This document shows, piece by piece, positions 36,087-41,721 of a DNA stretch of 41,721 nucleotides. Every line of letters begins with the position of its first letter. The first letter of the stretch is position 1. The DNA is from a virus (taxonomy: Duplodnaviria > Caudoviricetes), in the IMG/VR virus record IMGVR_UViG_3300029822_000023, positions 1 through 41,721 of that record. One strand, given 5' to 3'. A program made the position numbers and the translations under genes. The notes below the pieces were generated by a model. It was not told where the DNA came from. It was given only the letters and a program-made list of their open reading frames with translations, and made no database searches.

Positions 36087-38047
36087 AAATAACACATCCA
36101 TCCGGAGAATCATACGATCTTTTCCCGGAAATACAGATTGAGCTTACTCGTTTTAATCCATTTTTCAATGATTTGGGCGAACAGAGCGTTCCAATCACAA
36201 TACCGGCAACATCGAAAAACTTAAAACTTCTCGATTATCCTAATCGTGGAGACGGATCCGATAAAATTACACGTAGGCTAAATGTCCAACTTCAAGAAGG
36301 GGCATTTTCCATAGTAGGCCGTCAGGCTATTCTTTCTGCCAGCTCAAAAGATAATATAGAAACATCCTTTTACCTAAACGAGGGTGCATTTTATGAAAAA
36401 ATTAAAGATGTATCTCTGAAAGAAATATTTGAAGGCAAAAGTATTGTTTTCTCCAGTATGGACCAGACAATAGATTTTATGCGTTCCCTTATCACGGCTT
36501 CAGATCATCGGTTTGCATGCTTTCAGGTTGCCACGGATAACTATATCTTAAATGAGATGAAGTTCTCGACAACTTTAAATAAATATGATTTCAAAAAGAA
36601 TGTTGATACAATTGAGGTTATTGATGGAAATAAAATCAACGTTCCGCGAGGTTTTTATATTACGCCATTCCCTAAATTTAAACATGTGCTTCAAGAGGTT
36701 CTTTTATATTTTGGATATACTCTTAACCCTTCATTTCTTGATGATGAGCCTTTCTCAACCATGTCGCTCTTAAATGATAATATAGACACAATTGTCAATA
36801 ACAGGATAGACTATGTTGATATTATCCCAAATATAATGGTGAGTTCATTTTTCGACCTTATACGTAAATTCAATATGGAAATTGTTCCGGATGAAATTCA
36901 TAAGACTGTTGACATTATTCATTTTGATGAACAGATAAATCAACCTATAAGTGTAGATCTTTCAAATAATATAACATCACCTTTGAGATTTGATTATACA
37001 GATGAGTATAAGCAAGTAAAATTATCTTCAGAAATTTTGCCTGCACCAAAAGAGGTACATGGTTTTTCAAGTCTTTTTGGTGATCCATGGGTTCTCTACC
37101 CATATCAAATACAAGAAAGATTGCCAATCTCGATGTTAGCTGTAAATTTTCCAACAGCGTATATACGTCCTGCAGATGGGTCTATTGTGCGTCAAGGTGT
37201 TTTTGGGGATAAAATTACTTATGAAGTAGTTGGATATCTTAGCAACAGTTATTATGACGGCGGTGTAATTACTGCTGATGATAAAACATTCCCAGACATA
37301 ATTCCGGATGTTATCACATATTGGATTACTTATCCTTATGTGGGTCCTGGCAGGGCATTACACAGCACAATAATTATGTCAGATGAGTCTGAAGAACAAA
37401 GTTCAAATGCCGGAGAGCTTAAACCTATGCTTTGCTTCAGTTATTATGATAACTATTACACTTATAATATTGGGACACTTTCAAATTATGACTGGACCGG
37501 TCTTCGCCTTTGGGATTATTCATTATTTTACAATGGAGCTGACGGTATATTTGAGAGATTTTGGCGAAGTCGCGATACTCTGATGCGTAATGCGCTGGTT
37601 AACATGAATGCTGATTTGCAGCTATCCGAAGACCAGAAGCTCTCACTTACGACACTGAGAAGAGTTTTGGTAGATAATCAGCCCTATCTTATTTCAGAAC
37701 TAAAATACGTGCCCGGTTTGAAGGATCCTCAAAACTGTAGTTTCTTGACAACAAATTTGCAAAAGCCTATATCTAACGCTCGTACAGAGTCTGATTATTT
37801 TCCTGACAGACCTTATAAATGGGAACTTAAAACACAGAGGAGCAATACAACTGCTAAACATTTTATTTATAAAACATCTCGCACTACATTTTACCCACCA
37901 CATCCAACAGCTGCACAATATAGTGCCGGAGGCAGGTATTTTGAGAGGGTTTATGAGGTTGAATATGGACATTATGATATAAATCAAAAATTCATAAAAG
38001 AGTCTGACGGCACTTTAACGGTTTGGCTTGAAGCTGTATTAAATTAA
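36083..38047 (+). CDS. Putative tail tip/hub protein
   Basis: 654 aa, ATGA-coupled to the tape measure gene. Confidence 0.6.
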   Translation: MKITHPSGESYDLFPEIQIELTRFNPFFNDLGEQSVPITIPATSKNLKLLDYPNRGDGSDKITRRLNVQLQEGAFSIVGRQAILSASSKDNIETSFYLNEGAFYEKIKDVSLKEIFEGKSIVFSSMDQTIDFMRSLITASDHRFACFQVATDNYILNEMKFSTTLNKYDFKKNVDTIEVIDGNKINVPRGFYITPFPKFKHVLQEVLLYFGYTLNPSFLDDEPFSTMSLLNDNIDTIVNNRIDYVDIIPNIMVSSFFDLIRKFNMEIVPDEIHKTVDIIHFDEQINQPISVDLSNNITSPLRFDYTDEYKQVKLSSEILPAPKEVHGFSSLFGDPWVLYPYQIQERLPISMLAVNFPTAYIRPADGSIVRQGVFGDKITYEVVGYLSNSYYDGGVITADDKTFPDIIPDVITYWITYPYVGPGRALHSTIIMSDESEEQSSNAGELKPMLCFSYYDNYYTYNIGTLSNYDWTGLRLWDYSLFYNGADGIFERFWRSRDTLMRNALVNMNADLQLSEDQKLSLTTLRRVLVDNQPYLISELKYVPGLKDPQNCSFLTTNLQKPISNARTESDYFPDRPYKWELKTQRSNTTAKHFIYKTSRTTFYPPHPTAAQYSAGGRYFERVYEVEYGHYDINQKFIKESDGTLTVWLEAVLN

Positions 38048-38056
38048 AATACTGTT

Positions 38057-38096
38057 TTTAAAAAGCGTACGTATGCACACATGTACGCTTTTTAAA
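38057..38096. terminator. Bidirectional terminator
   Basis: Perfect 14-bp stem TTTAAAAAGCGTAC/GTACGCTTTTTAAA between convergent genes. Confidence 0.8.
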
Positions 38097-38119
38097 TGTC
38101 TTCAGGGTAAGTATATATA

Positions 38120-39292
38120 TCAGAAATATGTCTCGTGGTTTTTTATTAACTCGTTGGCCTCCTGAATATCATGTGGAGTGTATTTATCTGTCATGAGAAG
38201 AGATGAGTGTCTGGCCTGATCTCTAACTGTAATAGATGGTTGAGTTCTCAACATGGCAGTAATACCAGTATCTTTTAATGAATAAAACTTATAGGAAGCA
38301 GGAAGATCCAGTTTTTTTCTAACGTGGTGAAACCAAAAGTCTCTAAATTGTTTTTCACTTCTTTGTTCTTTCCCGGGCATAAAATTATTTGAAAATAAAA
38401 AATAACCACTTGGGTATTTGAATATATTAAGTTCTAGCATCAATCTTATAACCTTTGCCGGCAATGTTAGGGTTCCATCTTTTTTATTTTTTGAATTCAC
38501 GTCAGGAATAAAAAGCGTCTGCCTTTTAAGTGAAATATGTGATATCTGAATTTGTCCAATTTCTTTTGGTCTTACAAAACAGTAATACAACATGTAGCAT
38601 GATAGCAGGTAATGTTTATTTGTTTTTTCAACATGTATTTTTATCCTCTTCATGTCAACATCAGGTATTACACTTCTGCTCTTTTTTATAGACTTTTTAC
38701 CATAACTTATAAAACCATCTGTTGGTCTTACTTTTAAATATTGATTTTGAATTAACCAGGAAGAAAAAACTTTCATCCATCTTAGATAGTTATCTCTGGT
38801 TTGCGGCTTACTTTCTCTTTCAAGATAAATATGTTCAAGCATCATTCTAACGAATGATTGGTCAAACTGATAGATATATACAGCTTTGTTTGAACGGCTG
38901 TTATTCCATGATTCAACATTTTTTAGATAAGAAATGTATGTGTCATAAGTATCTTTTCTGTAGATATCATCTGCAAACATTTTGTCTAAGTAACGCCTGT
39001 AATGTTCAAATACACTTTCAAGAGTATGGTATGCTCTGCTGTTGTCAGCCTCTATCCATGGATTCCAACCGTTCACAAGCTGAGTATTAAGCCTTTTAAT
39101 TAGTTCCCCGGCATATTTTCTGCGCTCACCAGTTTTTTTAATGAAATTTAGTTTGATCCTTTTTCTACGCATTTTATTTTGCGACGGATCATATGCATAA
39201 AAACCCACATACCAGTCTTTGCCGGTATATAATTGTGGCGGTGTGTACGAAATAATGGGTAATACGGATGTTTTTCCTACTTGGCTAAACAT
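38120..39292 (-). CDS. int: Tyrosine integrase
   Basis: FVRPKEI, SKNKK, FYSLKDTG, QARHSS, TDKY catalytic pattern. Confidence 0.92.
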   Translation of the reverse strand: MFSQVGKTSVLPIISYTPPQLYTGKDWYVGFYAYDPSQNKMRRKRIKLNFIKKTGERRKYAGELIKRLNTQLVNGWNPWIEADNSRAYHTLESVFEHYRRYLDKMFADDIYRKDTYDTYISYLKNVESWNNSRSNKAVYIYQFDQSFVRMMLEHIYLERESKPQTRDNYLRWMKVFSSWLIQNQYLKVRPTDGFISYGKKSIKKSRSVIPDVDMKRIKIHVEKTNKHYLLSCYMLYYCFVRPKEIGQIQISHISLKRQTLFIPDVNSKNKKDGTLTLPAKVIRLMLELNIFKYPSGYFLFSNNFMPGKEQRSEKQFRDFWFHHVRKKLDLPASYKFYSLKDTGITAMLRTQPSITVRDQARHSSLLMTDKYTPHDIQEANELIKNHETYF

Positions 39293-39427
39293 AATTTTTT
39301 TTTACCTCTCAGACTTTATCAGACTGAAACGTAAAATAAATTAATCTCTGTTGTCCCGATACTGTCCCGGCTAGTCATTGCGACAATGTCTCAACATCTA
39401 TGCCAGTACAGGTTTCGGACTTTCTCT

Positions 39428-39478
39428 GTCGGGATGAGAAGATTCGAACTTCCGACCCCACGCCCCCCAGACGCGTAC
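39428..39478 (-). other. att core: 3' fragment of tRNA-Pro(GGG)
   Basis: Minus strand GTACGCGTCTGGGGGGCGTGGGGTCGGAAGTTCGAATCTTCTCATCCCGAC contains the anticodon arm, T arm and acceptor 3' strand; no 5' acceptor strand or D arm. Confidence 0.85.
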
Positions 39479-39528
39479 TCGAGCACTTTATGTGTCGTTT
39501 AATCAGTTCATTGAATGTGTGTAGTGTT

Positions 39529-39762
39529 TTATTTGCAGAAAATTTGCATGCTGGTGCTATGTTTCAGGACTCTTCTCACATTTCCCGCATGCCTACCTCC
39601 CGCGAAATCCTTAAACTTTAATATCCATTCTTCCGTAACATTTTCCGTGTGAATGCACACGTCGAACTGGGCCACCTGATCTTCCGTGTTCAGGTAGCTT
39701 AATATTGCCTTGTCTGTTTTATGTAGACCGGCATATTGCTTGAGTGATTCAACGAGTAGCAT
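39529..39762 (-). CDS. Hypothetical protein
   Basis: 77-aa ORF 6 nt downstream of the preceding gene. Confidence 0.45.
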   Translation of the reverse strand: MLLVESLKQYAGLHKTDKAILSYLNTEDQVAQFDVCIHTENVTEEWILKFKDFAGGRHAGNVRRVLKHSTSMQIFCK

Positions 39763-39768
39763 AATATT

Positions 39769-40173
39769 TTAATTCTCTCTTAATCCTAAAACGAATGAAT
39801 TGAGAAGACCCCAGTAAACACCTATTACGAGGCTGTTTTGCATTAGTGCAAAAATAATCTCTTTCAATCCAGACGAAATATTGATAGTCCATGCCAGTCT
39901 ACAGGCAGAAAATGTAAAGAACCCTATTATGAGAATATTGATTATAATCTCTATTAGATGTCCTGTGTGCAACCGATTTCCGACAACTGATAATAAGCCA
40001 GGCAGCAAGCCTACAAGCGGAATGGCAAATCCACCTAAAACAAGAAATATAATAATCATCCAAAACCAACTAAGCCCCATAATAAACGGAGTCAACCAAT
40101 AAAATATAAGCCAAGTTAGATAACAAGCTACGACGCACAGTGCAATAAATAGAACTGATTTGATAAATTTCAT
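39769..40173 (-). CDS. Membrane protein with about 4 TM helices, in the repressor operon
   Basis: Hydrophobic throughout; starts 1 nt after the repressor stop. Confidence 0.75.
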   Translation of the reverse strand: MKFIKSVLFIALCVVACYLTWLIFYWLTPFIMGLSWFWMIIIFLVLGGFAIPLVGLLPGLLSVVGNRLHTGHLIEIIINILIIGFFTFSACRLAWTINISSGLKEIIFALMQNSLVIGVYWGLLNSFVLGLREN

Positions 40174-40174
40174 A

Positions 40175-40834
40175 CTATATCATTTTACCATAAAAAAACA
40201 CATGAGATATTTCTAATATATCCTCTTTAAATATCTTAAACTCCTTAAAGTTAGGAGAGACACACCATAAAATGTTTTTATCGCCTTCATCCACCCTAAG
40301 TCTTTTCAGCATTCGTTCATCTCTTGTCAATATGTAGTACACCTTCTCTGTATCTACTCTCTCCCATGAATTAAGCTTAACCACGCCGATGTATTGTCCG
40401 GCATAAATCAACGGCTCGAAACTACATCCGACGACCGGGAAAAAAGTAACACCCGGCATCGTGGTGTACGCATAACCATCAGGCTTCTCCTCTCTAATGG
40501 CGGCCAACCCGTGAAGCCCTGCGCTTACCGGGTATGATTCATATATGGGTGCTCTGTATAATCTCCCGACCTGCTTCGGCAAATCTTCGGGAACGAAAAT
40601 TTTAACGGCGTTTTCAGCTTTAAAGCGCTCGCCGTTGCCAGTAATAAGCCAGCCTGAATTTGTGTTTGGGAATGTATTTACAATCTTTGTTACAAATTCA
40701 AGATTCGGCTTTCTTTCTCCATTCAGGTAATAGCTTACCGTTCGCTGCCCCATGCCAATTCTCTTGTACAAATCCTTTTCGGGAATTTCAAGGTCTTTAA
40801 TTAACAACTTAACTCTTTCTACGATAGATTCCAT
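40175..40834 (-). CDS. CI-like repressor (XRE HTH + S24 peptidase)
   Basis: HTH IGMGQRTVSYYLNG, WLITGNG, VSAG cleavage site, VVGCSFEP, MLKRL. Confidence 0.88.
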   Translation of the reverse strand: MESIVERVKLLIKDLEIPEKDLYKRIGMGQRTVSYYLNGERKPNLEFVTKIVNTFPNTNSGWLITGNGERFKAENAVKIFVPEDLPKQVGRLYRAPIYESYPVSAGLHGLAAIREEKPDGYAYTTMPGVTFFPVVGCSFEPLIYAGQYIGVVKLNSWERVDTEKVYYILTRDERMLKRLRVDEGDKNILWCVSPNFKEFKIFKEDILEISHVFFYGKMI

Positions 40835-40849
40835 ACAGCTTGATATTAT

Positions 40850-41052
40850 CAGAACATTTGTTCTATATTTATATTGGTTTATTATATCCTGATATCTGCC
40901 CTAGCTGCAATTCGTGAAATACTGCAAAGCAGCCAAGCCACACATTGCTAATGATTTGCAAGAACTTTAATTTAGAATGAATCTAAATAGGCCAAATGTT
41001 CTAAATTTTAACAGATTGATAGATTAAATTTAGACCAAATGTTCTATATTTG
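40850..41052. promoter_or_regulatory. Lysis/lysogeny switch: three operators and a rightward promoter
   Basis: AGAACATTTGTTCT (40851), AGGCCAAATGTTCT (40989), AGACCAAATGTTCT (41032); TATATTTG at 41045-41052. Confidence 0.75.
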
Positions 41053-41116
41053 CAGTGTCATTGTTTATGTCATTGACGACAGTACAAAACTTAACAGAAC
41101 AACAAATATACTAAAT

Positions 41117-41341
41117 ATGTCAACACGAAAACCAAAAATCGAAAAAATTGCTTCCCCGGCAGCAACTTTGCGCGGGATGAGAAGAGGAATGGCGATGATG
41201 GTCCCAAACAGGGACATAAAAGCCTCTTCATTAAGAGCTGCGGCATCCCGGCTTAGAAAGTACGGGTATGCATTTACTGTGAATGAAAAAGGATTCATAA
41301 ATGAAGCGCAGGTAATCTGCACTAAATCCCCAAGATCATGA
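41117..41341 (+). CDS. Small basic protein in the Cro position
   Basis: ATG 41117; divergent from the repressor; R/K-rich. Confidence 0.6.
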   Translation: MSTRKPKIEKIASPAATLRGMRRGMAMMVPNRDIKASSLRAAASRLRKYGYAFTVNEKGFINEAQVICTKSPRS

Positions 41342-41721
41342 ATGAACTAGTCTTCAAATCAGAAAAAGGGAATCCGGTAACGACAAGCTTGCTTGTTGCG
41401 GAAAAGTTTGGGAAGAACCATTCTCATGTGTTGAGGGATATTGAAAACCTCTCATGTTCAGAAGAATTTAGAGCGTCCAATTTTGGATTGTCCTCTTACG
41501 TGAGCATGCAAAACAAGGAGTTACCCATGTACATCATGACTAAAGACGGGTTCTCATTCCTGGTCATGGGGTACACAGGCGAGGCGGCTGGAAAATTCAA
41601 AGAGGACTACATTAATGCCTTCAACAGAATGCAGCAATCCATTAATCTGATAGACTTCTCTAACCCTGATACTGTATTGCAGTTGGCTCAAAATTGGAAA
41701 GATGAACAGGTGCGAAGAATT
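41338..41721 (+). CDS. rha: Rha-family regulator/antirepressor (3'-truncated by window)
   Basis: TTSLLVAEKFGKNHSHVLRDIENL...MTKDGFSFLVMGYTGEAAGKFKEDYINAFNRM. Confidence 0.88.
   Translation, partial: MNELVFKSEKGNPVTTSLLVAEKFGKNHSHVLRDIENLSCSEEFRASNFGLSSYVSMQNKELPMYIMTKDGFSFLVMGYTGEAAGKFKEDYINAFNRMQQSINLIDFSNPDTVLQLAQNWKDEQVRRI

Larger units (their letters stand above)
1..41721. mobile_element. Temperate phage/prophage of a Bacteroidetes host, partial at both ends
   Basis: Head, terminase, portal, lysis, tail, tape measure, integrase, att core and repressor modules; no host housekeeping genes. Confidence 0.95.

Noticed and set aside
39428-39478. Functional tRNA gene
   Set aside because: 5' acceptor strand and D arm are missing.

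Overview
Most of a temperate, siphovirus-like phage of a Bacteroidetes host. The host is inferred from TAnnTTTG promoters and A-rich starts with no Shine-Dalgarno. Gene order: end of a primase/helicase and small early genes (1-3287); a helically phased repeat array (3581-3816); S49 protease, scaffold, capsid, tail tube, PLD-like protein and terminase (3952-12251); a 5-kb accessory island with a DnaB C-terminal domain, HicAB, SymE-like, ArdC-like, an outer-membrane protein and a structured RNA (12.3-17.3 kb); portal and neck genes; lysis cassette; tail genes; an aberrant diversity-generating retroelement (28684-31846); tape measure; tyrosine integrase; a tRNA-Pro(GGG) 3' fragment (att core); and a CI/Cro-like switch with Rha. 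Most notable: (1) The DGR has a variable repeat but no template repeat that I can find. The VR runs directly into a structured spacer and an ACAC array, and the RT has FADN instead of YxDD, an internal insertion and a fused ~140-aa C-terminal domain. (2) A bipartite GTCCYTT...WTTG motif with identical spacing precedes four late operons and is a candidate phage-specific promoter. All calls come from reading by eye; no database searches were run.
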